Shown piece by piece: positions 49,617-64,000 of a stretch of 64,000 nt of DNA. Both the position numbers and the translations under genes were made by a program. Source of the stretch: the human T2T-CHM13v2.0 reference genome, Homo sapiens; the NCBI RefSeq assembly GCF_009914755.1, contig NC_060931.1; one strand, 5' to 3'. Position 1 is the first letter of the stretch. Each line of letters begins with the position of its first letter. Below the pieces are notes generated by a model. That model was not told the DNA's origin. It saw nothing but the letters and a program-made list of their open reading frames with translations, and did no database searches.

Positions 49617-50330
49617 GGGAGTCAAATGTAGGCGGCAGTCAAATGTAGGCAGGAATCAAGTGTAGGCGGGAGTCAAATGTAGGCGGGAGTCAAATGTAGG
49701 TGGGAGTCAGTCAAATGTAGGTGGGAGTCAAATGTAGGTGGGAGTCAGTCCAATGCAGGACAGAGTCCAGTGGAGGCGGTAGTCAAATGCAGGTGGGAGT
49801 CAAATGGAGGTAAGAGCCAAATGGAGGTGGGAGCTAAATGTAGGCAGGAGTCAGTCAAATGTAGGTGGGAGTCAGTCAAAGGTAGGCGGGAGTCAAATGT
49901 TGGTGGGAGTCAAATGTAGGTGGGAGTCAGTCAAATGTAGGCAAGAGTCAAATGTAGGCGGGAGTCAAATGTAGGCAAGAGTCAAATGTAGGCGGGAGTC
50001 AAATGTAGGCGGGAGTCAGTCAAATGTAGGTGGGAGTCAGTCAAATGTAGGTGGGAGTGAAATGTAGGTGGGGGTCAAATGTAGGCAGGAGTCAGTCAAA
50101 TGTAGGTGGGAGTCAAATGTAGGCGGGAGTCAGTCAAATGTAGGCGGGAGTCAGTCAAATGTAGGTGGGACTCAAATGTAGGTGGGGGTCAAATGTAGGC
50201 AGGAGTCAGTCAAATGTAGGTGGGAGTCAAATGTAGGCGGGAGTCAAATGTAGGCAGAGTCAGTCAAATGTAGGCGGGAGTCAAATGTAGGCAGGAGTCA
50301 AATGTAGGTGGGAGTCAAATGTAGGCATAG
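49617..50330. repeat. 16/20-bp minisatellite gggagtca(gtca)aatgtagg(c/t), ~40 copies
   Basis: Directly visible. Confidence 0.95.
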
Positions 50331-50535
50331 TTCTAAATGTTTAAGAAAACTCCCATGACCTCTGGAGGCTCTGCTACCTGAGATAACTTGAGATTCACTG
50401 GCATACAGGGAGTAACCATCTCTGCCTTCTGGAATGTTCCCATGCCAACTTAGGGGTAAAATTCAGAAGTGAGGCTAGGTGGGGTGGCTCATGCCTATAA
50501 CCCCGGCACTTTGGGAGGCCGAGGCAGGCGGATCA

Positions 50536-50964
<429 letters not shown>

Positions 50965-51021
50965 TCAGATGTCTTGTTTCCTTCCTAACCCCCAATTCCA
51001 TCCATCACTGCGTCCTGTTGA

Positions 51022-51857
<836 letters not shown>

Positions 51858-52554
51858 TATTGATGACCCCCAGGCATCTCCCCAGCCTGCCTGCAGCTCC
51901 CTGTCCCTCTCACCGCAGCTGCCCTGGTCCAGGCCGCGTCCTCTCTCCCCAGCCAACCTGCCTGCTGCTGTACCCCATCCGTCTCACTGCAGCCATCCTG
52001 GTCCAGGCCGCGTCCTCCTCCCTAGGACAGCTGTGATGCTTCCCAGCTGGACTTCCTGCTTCTGCCTTTACCCTATAACATCCTTCTTTAACACAACGGC
52101 CAGAATGATTTCCTTCAAAAACAGCAATACGATGATGTCATTTGGCCGTTTAAAACTTCCTGTGGCTTCACGTTAGTCAGAGTCTAAACAGGAAAACAGA
52201 GCCGCCTACAGGTTGTGTAACCAAAAGGGAGTTGAAGGTGGGGAGTCGTTTACTAGCTTGGGGCAATCTACACGCAACCTGGGGACATGGGGAGCACCAG
52301 CAGGGACCCTCAGTCACCTGCAGAGTGGGGAGGCACCAGAACAAATGGAACCGAGGCCACAGGTGTGCAGGCCCGCACCCGAAACCCCAACACTGTGGGA
52401 GGCCAAGGTGAGAGGATCGTTTGAGGCCAGGAGTTCGAGACCAGCCTGGCCAACAGAGAGAGACCCCATGTCTATAAAATATTTAAAAATTAGCTGGGCG
52501 TGTTGGCTCATGCCTGTAGTCCCAGCTACCCAGGAGGCTGAGGTGGAAGGATTA

Positions 52555-53240
<686 letters not shown>

Positions 53241-54400
53241 TCAGTCCAGCCGTCCCCGTACACCCGAGGGGCCCCACGCAGCCACACCTGGCTTTTCTCA
53301 GGCAGTGGCTCTTCCCACCTGGGTCTCCGTCCTAGGGGTCTGTCGCCCTGATGTCAGGGAGCGGGCGCAGCTCTCAGACGCGCTGGTGTTGTCTCCTAAC
53401 TCTGCCGCTCCCCAGCTGTGTGGGCCGGTCTGCCCCAGTTTCCTGCTCTGAAGAAGAGAGATTGAGATACAGGTGGCAGCCTCGGAGGGTGATTGTGAAG
53501 GGTCCAGGCGGTTCCCGCGTGCAGCCTCGGGACAGGGCTGTGCTGGAGCCATCGAGCTGGAGAGAGAGTGAGCTTCACCCCAGGGCAGCTGTCTCCCCAG
53601 ACGAGCCCCGCTCTGGGACATTGCATGGGAATCTCAGCTGCTCCGGGATGTTCATTCACCCTACCTCTCTCAGGACACCCTGGCTTTGCAGAGCCCGTGC
53701 GTGAGTGTCTCTGAGCCGGGTGCCAGGGGGTGGCACTGTTTGCTCACCGTTGGCCTCTGCTGGCAGCGTGGTGCCCGGCGCGGCGTGAAAGCCCTCGGCC
53801 TCCCAGGCGCTTTCGGCCTCACAGGCATCCCTCTGGCTCGAAGTGCTCCTGCTCCCACAAGGCTCAGGAAACCTGTGCTGCTCAGAGCTTTGCGTTTAAA
53901 AATCACGTTGTTCTGGTTTGGACCACGCAACTTAGACATTTCTTTCAGGAACTGGATTGGCTGTGGAGGGGCCATTTAGAAATCTTTTATCTAGTCAGTT
54001 TCCTTCATCTGTATTTTGGAAATGCAGAGAAGGTGATTGAACCTAGCGGAATCTTGGGAGCATGTCCTTGAACACGGCAGGTGTCCCCGGGACAAACAGG
54101 TGCAGCTTTCTGCAGAGGACAGCGATGCCCCGGACAGCCTGGGCTCCCAAGTTCTCCCATGTGCCCCAAGGTGCCGTGCTAGGGTACAGGGGGTTGTGGA
54201 GTTTACTCATTCCTGGAGGCAGGTATTCAGCCAAGATCAGCGGTCTTGATGTTGCATAAATGTTGGGGAAGAAATCTTTCTGCTTGGGGAGCTGTTGATT
54301 TCAGTATTGGCTCTTAGCTGATAAAAACAGTAGTTCCAGCCAGGCCCGGTGGCCCACGCCTGTAATCCCAGCACTTTGGGAGGCCGAGGCAGGCGGATCA

Positions 54401-54723
<323 letters not shown>

Positions 54724-54726
54724 TCA

Positions 54727-54921
<195 letters not shown>

Positions 54922-55619
54922 CTAAGACTCGGTCTCAAAACAAAAACAAACAAACAAAAAACCAGTTCCTACCGTTTATGAAACGCCGCTCGCAGCCTGC
55001 CCCTGTGCCCTTCACGCCGTACTTTGTCCCGTCTTCTCAGTGACCCTGCAGGTCAGTGTGGGTGATGGTCACAGACATGAAGCTCAAAGCCGCGAGGGAC
55101 CTTGCCCAAGGTGTCCAGCCCAGGAGGAGCGGAGCCAGAATTCCACCTTGGGCCGTCTGACCCCAAAGACCGCAGTTTCCAGCGCACAGACTCTCCAAAT
55201 CATCCTCTCAACTGGAGGAACGTCACCTTCCCTGCAGCCCACGGCACCTTCCTTGATTTTATTACCAGATCCATGGTCCAGCCTGGTGTCTGGTTACTAT
55301 TTTCCACCTGCTGTAAAGTGATTTGGGGCCAGGCACAGTGGCTCACGTCTGTAATCCTAGCACTTTGGGAGGCTGAGTCAGGAGGATTGCTTGAGCCCAG
55401 GAGTTCGAGGCCAGCCTGGGCAACGTAGTGAGACCTCATCCCCACAAAAAAATTAAAAAATTAGCTGGGCATGGTGGTGAACCCCTGTGGTCCCAGCTCC
55501 TCAGGAGGCTGAGGCGAGAGGATCACTTGAGCCCAGGAGGTTGAGGCTGTAGTGATCTGTGATTGTGCCATTACACTCCAGCCTTGCAACAGAGCAAGAC
55601 CCTGTCCCTCTCTCTCTCT

Positions 55620-55620
<1 letters not shown>

Positions 55621-55662
<42 letters not shown>

Positions 55663-55672
55663 ACACACACAC
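55621..55672. repeat. (CA)n microsatellite at an Alu tail
   Basis: Directly visible. Confidence 0.95.
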
Positions 55673-55734
55673 ACGTTGGGGGGATAGGACTGTGGTCAGC
55701 ATTTCCAGGATTCACCTCCCAGGGCTGGAGAATG

Positions 55735-58700
55735 GATGAAGAGGGGCGGGTGGGGGGAACGCAGGAGGCTGTGATGAAGAGGGGCGGGTGGGGGAACACA
55801 GGAGCCTGTGATGAAGAGGGGCGGGTGGGGGGAACACAGGAGCCTGTGATGAAGAGGGGGGGGTGGGGGGACACAGGAGGCTGTGATGAAGGGGGGGGTG
55901 GGGGGACACAGGAGGCTGTGATGAAGGGGGGGTGGGGGAACACAGGAGGCTGTGATGAAGGGGCGGGTGGGGGGACACAGGAGCCTGTGATGAAGGGGGG
56001 GGTGGGGGACACAGGAGGCTGTGATGAAGGGGGGGTGGGGGGACACAGGAGGCTGTGATGAAGAGGGGCGGGTGGGGGGACACAGGAGGCTGTGATGAAG
56101 GGGGGGGTGGGGGGACACAGGAGCCTGTGATGAAGAGGGGCGGGTGGGGGGAACACAGGAGCCTGTGATGAAGAGGGGGGGGTGGGGGGACACAGGAGGC
56201 TGTGATGAAGAGGGGCGGGTGGGGGAACACAGGAGCCTGTGATGAAGAGGGGCGGGTGGGGGGAACACAGGAGCCTGTGATGAAGAGGGGGGGGTGGGGG
56301 GACACAGGAGGCTGTGATGAAGGGGGGGGTGGGGGGACACAGGAGCCTGTGATGAAGAGGGGCAGGTGGGGGGACACAGGAGGCTGTGATGAAGAGGGGC
56401 GGGTGGGGGGACACAGGAGCCTGTGATGAAGGGGGGGGTGGGGGGACACAGGAGGCTGTGATGAAGAGGGGCGGGTGGGGGAACACAGGAGGCTGTGATG
56501 AAGGGCGGGTGGGGGGACACAGGAGGCTGTGATGAAGGGGGGGTGGGGGGACACAGGAGGCTGTGATGAAGAGGGGCGGGTGGGGGACACAGGAGGCTGT
56601 GATGAAGGGGGGGTGGGGGGACACAGGAGGCTGTGATGAAGGGGGGGGTGGGGGGACACAGGAGGCTGTGATGAAGGGGCGGGTGGGGGGACACAGGAGG
56701 CTGTGATGAAGGGGGGGTGGGGGGACACAGGAGGCTGTGATGAAGGGGCGGGTGGGGGGACACAGGAGGCTGTGATGAAGGGCGGGTGGGGGGACACAGG
56801 AGGCTGTGATGAAGGGGGGGGTGGGGGGACACAGGAGGCTGTGATGAAGGGGGGGGTGGGGGGACACAGGAGGCTGTGATGAAGGGCGGGTGGGGGGACA
56901 CAGGAGGCTGTGATGAAGGGGGGGTGGGGGGACACAGGAGGCTGTGATGAAGAGGGGCGGGTGGGGGACACAGGAGGCTGTGATGAAGGGGGGGTGGGGG
57001 AACACAGGAGGCTGTGATGAAGAGGGGCGGGTGGGGGGACACAGGAGGCTGTGATGAAGGGGGGGTGGGGGGACACAGGAGGCTGTGATGAAGGGGCGGG
57101 TGGGGGGACACAGGAGGCTGTGATGAAGGGGGGGGTGGGGGGGCACAGGAGGCTGTGATGAAGGGGCGGGTGGGGGGACACAGGAGGCTGTGATGAAGGG
57201 GGGGGTGGGGGGACACAGGAGCCTGTGATGAAGAGGGGCAGGTGGGGGGACACAGGAGGCTGTGATGAAGGGGGGGGTGGGGGGACACAGGAGGCTGTGA
57301 TGAAGGGGGGGTGGGGGGACACAGGAGGCTGTGATGAAGGGGCGGGTGGGGGGACACAGGAGGCTGTGATGAAGGGGGGGGTGGGGGGACACAGGAGGCT
57401 GTGATGAAGAGGGGGGGTGGGGGGACACAGGAGGCTGTGATGAAGGGGGGGGTGGGGGGAACACAGGAGGCTGTGATGAAGAGGGGCAGGTGGGGGGACA
57501 CAGGAGGCTGTGATGAAGGGGGGGTGGGGGAACACAGGAGCCTGTGATGAAGGGGCGGGTGGGGGGACACAGGAGGCTGTGATGAAGGGGGGGGTGGGGG
57601 GACACAGGAGGCTGTGATGAAGGGGGGGTGGGGGGACACAGGAGGCTGTGATGAAGGGGGGGTGGGGGGACACAGGCGGCTGTGATGAAGGGGGGGGTGG
57701 GGGGACACAGGAGGCTGTGATGAAGGGGGGTGGGGGAACACAGGAGGCTGTGATGAAGGGGGGGTGGGGGGACACAGGAGGCTGTGATGAAGGGGGGGTG
57801 GGGGGACACAGGAGGCTGTGATGAAGGGGCGGGTGGGGGGACACAGGAGCCTGTGATGAAGGGGGGGTGGGGGGACACAGGAGGCTGTGATGAAGAGGGG
57901 CGGGTGGGGGACACAGGAGGCTGTGATGAAGGGGGGGGTGGGGGGGCACAGGAGGCTGTGATGAAGGGGCGGGTGGGGGGACACAGGAGGCTGTGATGAA
58001 GGGCGGGTGGGGGGACACAGGAGGCTGTGATGAAGGGGGGGGTGGGGGGACACAGGAGGCTGTGATGAAGGGGGGGTGGGGGGACACAGGAGGCTGTGAT
58101 GAAGGGGGGGGTGGGGGACACAGGAGGCTGTGATGAAGGGGCAGGTGGGGGGACACAGGAGGCTGTGATGAAGGGGCGGGTGGGGGGACACAGGAGGCTG
58201 TGATGAAGGGGGGGGTGGGGGGACACAGGAGGCTGTGATGAAGGGGGGGTGGGGGGACACAGGAGGCTGTGATGAAGGGGGGGGGTGGGGGGACACAGGA
58301 GGCTGTGATGAAGGGGGGGGTGGGGGACACAGGAGGCTGTGATGAAGGGGCAGGTGGGGGGACACAGGAGGCTGTGATGAAGGGGCGGGTGGGGGGACAC
58401 AGGAGGCTGTGATGAAGGGGGGGTGGGGGAACACAGGAGGCTGTGATGAAGGGGCGGGTGGGGGGACACAGGAGGCTGTGATGAAGGGGGGGTGGGGGGA
58501 CACAGGAGGCTGTGATGAAGGGGGGGGTGGGGGGACACAGGAGGCTGTGATGAAGGGGCGGGTGGGGGGACACAGGAGGCTGTGATGAAGGGGGGGGTGG
58601 GGGGACACAGGAGGCTGTGATGAAGGGGGGGTGGGGGAACACAGGAGGCTGTGATGAAGGGGCGGGTGGGGGGACACAGGAGCCTGTGATGAAGGGGCGG

Positions 58701-61700
58701 GTGGGGGGACACAGGAGCCTGTGATGAAGGGGCGGGTGGGGGGACACAGGAGGCTGTGATGAAGGGGCGGGTGGGGGGACACAGGAGCCTGTGATGAAGG
58801 GGCGGGTGGGGGGACACAGGAGCCTGTGATGAAGGGGCGGGTGGGGGGACACAGGAGGCTGTGATGAAGGGGGGGTGGGGGGACACAGGAGCCTGTGATG
58901 AAGGGGGGGGTGGGGGGACACAGGAGCCTGTGATGAAGGGCGGGTGGGGGGACACAGGAGCCTGTGATGAAGGGGGGGGTGGGGGGACACAGGAGGCTGT
59001 GATGAAGGGGCGGGTGGGGGGACACAGGAGGCTGTGATGAAGGGGCGGGTGGGGGACACAGGAGGCTGTGATGAAGGGGGGTGGGGGGACACAGGAGGCT
59101 GTGATGAAGGGCGGGTGGGGGGACACAGGAGGCTGTGATGAAGGGGGGGGTGGGGGGACACAGGAGGCTGTGATGAAGGGCGGGTGGGGGGACACAGGAG
59201 GCTGTGATGAAGGGCGGGTGGGGGGACACAGGAGGCTGTGATGAAGGGCGGGTGGGGGGACACAGGAGGCTGTGATGAAGGGGGGGTGGGGGGACACAGG
59301 AGCCTGTGATGAAGGGCGGGTGGGGGGACACAGGAGGCTGTGATGAAGGGCGGGTGGGGGGACACAGGAGGCTGTGATGAAGGGGGGGTGGGGGGACACA
59401 GGAGGCTGTGATGAAGGGGGGGGTGGGGGGACACAGGAGCCTGTGATGAAGGGCGGGTGGGGGGACACAGGAGGCTGTGATGAAGGGGGGGTGGGGGGAC
59501 ACAGGAGCCTGTGATGAAGGGGGGGGTGGGGGAACACAGGAGGCTGTGATGAAGAGGGGCGGGTGGGGGGACACAGGAGGCTGTGATGAAGGGGGGGGGT
59601 GGGGGGACACAGGAGGCTGTGATGAAGGGGGGGTGGGGGGACACAGGAGCCTGTGATGAAGGGGGGGGTGGGGGGACACAGGAGGCTGTGATGAAGGGGC
59701 GGGTGGGGGGACACAGGAGGCTGTGATGAAGGGGGGGGTGGGGGGGCACAGGAGGCTGTGATGAAGGGGCGGGTGGGGGGACACAGGAGGCTGTGATGAA
59801 GGGGGGGTGGGGGGACACAGGAGGCTGTGATGAAGGGGGGGGTGGGGGGACACAGGAGGCTGTGATGAAGGGGCGGGTGGGGGGACACAGGAGGCTGTGA
59901 TGAAGGGGGGGTGGGGGAACACAGGAGGCTGTGATGAAGGGGGGGTGGGGGGACACAGGAGGCTGTGATGAAGGGGGGGTGGGGGAACACAGGAGGCTGT
60001 GATGAAGGGGGGGGGTGGGGGGACACAGGAGGCTGTGATGAAGGGGGGGGTGGGGGACACAGGAGGCTGTGATGAAGGGGCAGGTGGGGGGACACAGGAG
60101 GCTGTGATGAAGGGGGGGGGTGGGGGGACACAGGAGGCTGTGATGAAGGGGCAGGTGGGGGGACACAGGAGGCTGTGATGAAGGGGCGGGTGGGGGGACA
60201 CAGGAGGCTGTGATGAAGGGGGGGTGGGGGAACACAGGAGGCTGTGATGAAGGGGCGGGTGGGGGGACACAGGAGGCTGTGATGAAGGGGGGGTGGGGGG
60301 ACACAGGAGGCTGTGATGAAGGGGGGGGTGGGGGGACACAGGAGGCTGTGATGAAGGGGGGGGGTGGGGGGACACAGGAGGCTGTGATGAAGGGGGGGTG
60401 GGGGGACACAGGAGGCTGTGATGAAGGGGGGGGGTGGGGGGACACAGGAGGCTGTGATGAAGGGGGGGTGGGGGAACACAGGAGGCTGTGATGAAGGGGC
60501 GGGTGGGGGGACACAGGAGGCTGTGATGAAGGGGCAGGTGGGGGGACACAGGAGGCTGTGATGAAGGGGCGGGTGGGGGGACACAGGAGGCTGTGATGAA
60601 GGGGGGGTGGGGGGACACAGGAGCCTGTGATGAAGGGGGGGGTGGGGGGACACAGGAGGCTGTGATGAAGGGGGGGTGGGGGGACACAGGAGGCTGTGAT
60701 GAAGGGGCGGGTGGGGGGACACAGGAGCCTGTGATGAAGGGGGGGGTGGGGGGGCACAGGAGGCTGTGATGAAGGGGGGGTGGGGGGACACAGGAGGCTG
60801 TGATGAAGGGGCGGGTGGGGGGACACAGGAGGCTGTGATGAAGGGGGGGTGGGGGGACACAGGAGCCTGTGATGAAGGGGCGGGTGGGGGGACACAGGAG
60901 GCTGTGATGAAGGGGGGGTGGGGGGACACAGGAGGCTGTGATGAAGGGCGGGTGGGGGGACACAGGAGCCTGTGATGAAGGGGGGGTGGGGGGACACAGG
61001 AGCCTGTGATGAAGGGGCGGGTGGGGGGACACAGGAGGCTGTGATGAAGGGGGGGTGGGGGGACACAGGAGCCTGTGATGAAGGGGGGGGTGGGGGGACA
61101 CAGGAGCCTGTGATGAAGGGGGGGTGGGGGGACACAGGAGGCTGTGATGAAGGGGGGGGTGGGGGGACACAGGAGGCTGTGATGAAGGGGGGGTGGGGGG
61201 ACACAGGAGGCTGTGATGAAGGGGGGGGTGGGGGGACACAGGAGCCTGTGATGAAGGGGGGGTGGGGGGACACAGGAGCCTGTGATGAAGGGGCGGGTGG
61301 GGGGACACAGGAGGCTGTGATGAAGGGGGGGGTGGGGGGACACAGGAGGCTGTGATGAAGGGGGGTGGGGGGGCACAGGAGGCTGTGATGAAGGGGGGGT
61401 GGGGGGACACAGGAGGCTGTGATGAAGGGGGGGGTGGGGGGACACAGGAGGCTGTGATGAAGGGGGGGTGGGGGAACACAGGAGGCTGTGATGAAGGGGG
61501 GTGGGGGGGCACAGGAGGCTGTGATGAAGGGGCGGGTGGGGGGACACAGGAGGCTGTGATGAAGGGGCGGGTGGGGGGACACAGGAGGCTGTGATGAAGG
61601 GGGGGTGGGGGAACACAGGAGGCTGTGATGAAGGGGGGGTGGGGGGACACAGGAGGCTGTGATGAAGGGGGGGGTGGGGGGACACAGGAGGCTGTGATGA

Positions 61701-64000
61701 AGGGGGGGGTGGGGGGACACAGGAGGCTGTGATGAAGGGGGGGGGTGGGGGGACACAGGAGCCTGTGATGAAGAGGGGCAGGTGGGGGGACACAGGAGGC
61801 TGTGATGAAGGGGCGGGTGGGGGACACAGGAGGCTGTGATGAAGGGGGGGGTGGGGGGACACAGGAGGCTGTGATGAAGGGGGGGGGTGGGGGGACACAG
61901 GAGGCTGTGATGAAGGGGCGGGTGGGGGGACACAGGAGGCTGTGATGAAGGGGCGGGTGGGGGGACACAGGAGGCTGTGATGAAGGGGGGGTGGGGGGAC
62001 ACAGGAGGCTGTGATGAAGGGCGGGTGGGGGGACACAGGAGGCTGTGATGAAGAGGGGGTGGGGGGACACAGGAGGCTGTGATGAAGGGCGGGTGGGGGG
62101 ACACAGGAGGCTGTGATGAAGGGGGGGTGGGGGGACACAGGAGGCTGTGATGAAGGGCGGGTGGGGGGACACAGGAGCCTGTGATGAAGGGGGGGTGGGG
62201 GGACACAGGAGGCTGTGATGAAGGGGGGGTGGGGGGACACAGGAGGCTGTGATGAAGGGGCGGGTGGGGGACACAGGAGGCTGTGATGAAGGGGGGGGTG
62301 GGGGGACACAGGAGGCTGTGATGAAGGGGGGGGTGGGGGGACACAGGAGGCTGTGATGAAGGGGGGGGTGGGGGGACACAGGAGCCTGTGATGAAGGGGG
62401 GTGGGGGGACACAGGAGGCTGTGATGAAGGGGGGGTGGGGGGACACAGGAGGCTGTGATGAAGGGGGGGGGTGGGGGGACACAGGAGCCTGTGATGAAGA
62501 GGGGCGGGTGGGGGAACACAGGAGGCTGTGATGAAGGGGCGGGTGGGGGGACACAGGAGGCTGTGATGAAGGGGGGGGTGGGGGGACACAGGAGGCTGTG
62601 ATGAAGGGGGGGTGGGGGACACAGGAGGCTGTGATGAAGGGGCGGGTGGGGGGACACAGGAGGCTGTGATGAAGAGGGGCGGGTGGGGGGACACAGGAGC
62701 CTGTGATGAAGGGGGGGGGTGGGGGGACACAGGAGGCTGTGATGAAGGGGGGGGTGGGGGAACACAGGAGGCTGTGATGAAGGGGCGGGTGGGGGGACAC
62801 AGGAGGCTGTGATGAAGAGGGGCGGGTGGGGGGACACAGGAGCCTGTGATGAAGGGGGGGGGTGGGGGGACACAGGAGGCTGTGATGAAGGGGGGGGTGG
62901 GGGGACACAGGAGGCTGTGATGAAGGGGGGTGGGGGAACACAGGAGGCTGTGATGAAGGGGGGTGGGGGGACACAGGAGGCTGTGATGAAGGGGGGGTGG
63001 GGGGACACAGGAGCCTGTGATGAAGAGGGGCGGGTGGGGGGACACAGGAGGCTGTGATGAAGAGGGGCGGGTGGGGGGACACAGGAGGCTGTGATGAAGG
63101 GGGGGGTGGGGGAACACAGGAGGCTGTGATGAAGGGGGGTGGGGGGACACAGGAGGCTGTGATGAAGGGGGGTGGGGGGACACAGGAGGCTGTGATGAAG
63201 AGGGGCGGGTGGGGGGACACAGGAGGCTGTGATGAAGGGGCAGGTGGGGGGACACAGGAGGCTGTGATGAAGGGGTGGTGGGGGGACACAGGAGGCTGTG
63301 ATGAAGGGGGGGTGGGGGGACACAGGAGGCTGTGATGAAGGGGGGGGTGGGGGGACACAGGAGGCTGTGATGAAGGGGGGGTGGGGGACACAGGAGCCTG
63401 TGATGAAGAGGGGCGGGTGGGGGGACACAGGAGGCTGTGATGAAGGGGGGGGTGGGGGGACACAGGAGGCTGTGATGAAGGGGGGGGTGGGGGGACACAG
63501 GAGGCTGTGATGAAGGGGGGGGTGGGGGGACACAGGAGGCTGTGATGAAGGGGGGGTGGGGGGACACAGGAGCCTGTGATGAAGAGGGGCGGGTGGGGGG
63601 ACACAGGAGGCTGTGATGAAGAGGGGCGGGTGGGGGGACACAGGAGGCTGTGATGAAGGGGGGGGTGGGGGAACACAGGAGGCTGTGATGAAGGGGGGTG
63701 GGGGGACACAGGAGGCTGTGATGAAGGGGGGTGGGGGGACACAGGAGGCTGTGATGAAGAGGGGCGGGTGGGGGGACACAGGAGGCTGTGATGAAGGGGC
63801 AGGTGGGGGGACACAGGAGGCTGTGATGAAGGGGTGGTGGGGGGACACAGGAGGCTGTGATGAAGGGGGGGTGGGGGGACACAGGAGGCTGTGATGAAGG
63901 GGGGGGTGGGGGGACACAGGAGGCTGTGATGAAGGGGGGGTGGGGGACACAGGAGCCTGTGATGAAGAGGGGCGGGTGGGGGGACACAGGAGGCTGTGAT
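55735..64000. repeat. Giant G-rich VNTR, ~32-35-bp unit gatgaa(ga)G(n)(c)gggtG(n)acacaggag(g/c)ctgt, ~250 copies, continues beyond the window
   Basis: Directly visible; copy number estimated from length divided by unit size. Confidence 0.98.

Noticed and set aside
55461-63987. Three 2700-2830-aa proline-rich ORFs
   Set aside because: The C-rich strand of the repeat unit has no stop codon in any frame, so all three frames are open by construction; non-ATG starts; one ends in Alu sequence
55735-64000. CRISPR-like array or C/D snoRNA cluster (GTGATGA resembles box C)
   Set aside because: No unique spacers, no box D (CTGA), eukaryotic context; an ordinary minisatellite
55735-64000. PRDM9-A hotspot motif in the VNTR
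   Set aside because: The alignment I tried, CCTCCTGTGTCCC, mismatches CCNCCNTNNCCNC at two fixed positions; a full motif scan was not possible

Overview
Human/primate DNA, very Alu-rich, recognisable as 7p22.3. It holds the whole ZFAND2A (AIRAP) gene on the minus strand. I reconstructed a non-coding exon 1 plus four coding exons giving a 145-aa double-AN1 zinc-finger protein, with a CpG-island promoter carrying a heat-shock element. The left edge has a second CpG-island promoter, probably the 5' end of C7orf50/CHLSN (minus strand). To the right is a gene-poor interval, from memory leading toward UNCX. It contains solo LTRs (LTR7-type, and LTR12-type with a 10x CCAAT array), CTCF motifs, AT-rich candidate enhancers, small local duplications and several VNTRs. 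It also has a telomere-like repeat next to a ~510-bp polypurine tract, and a >8.2-kb G-rich minisatellite that runs off the end. Most notable: (1) a splice donor overlapping the ZFAND2A stop codon with an in-frame downstream exon (predicted 180-aa isoform); (2) direct repeats bracketing those terminal exons; (3) an LTR7 pointing into ZFAND2A; (4) the giant G4-prone VNTR. Nearly all ORFs in the supplied track are Alu or repeat artefacts. I see no evidence of a wholly new protein-coding system.
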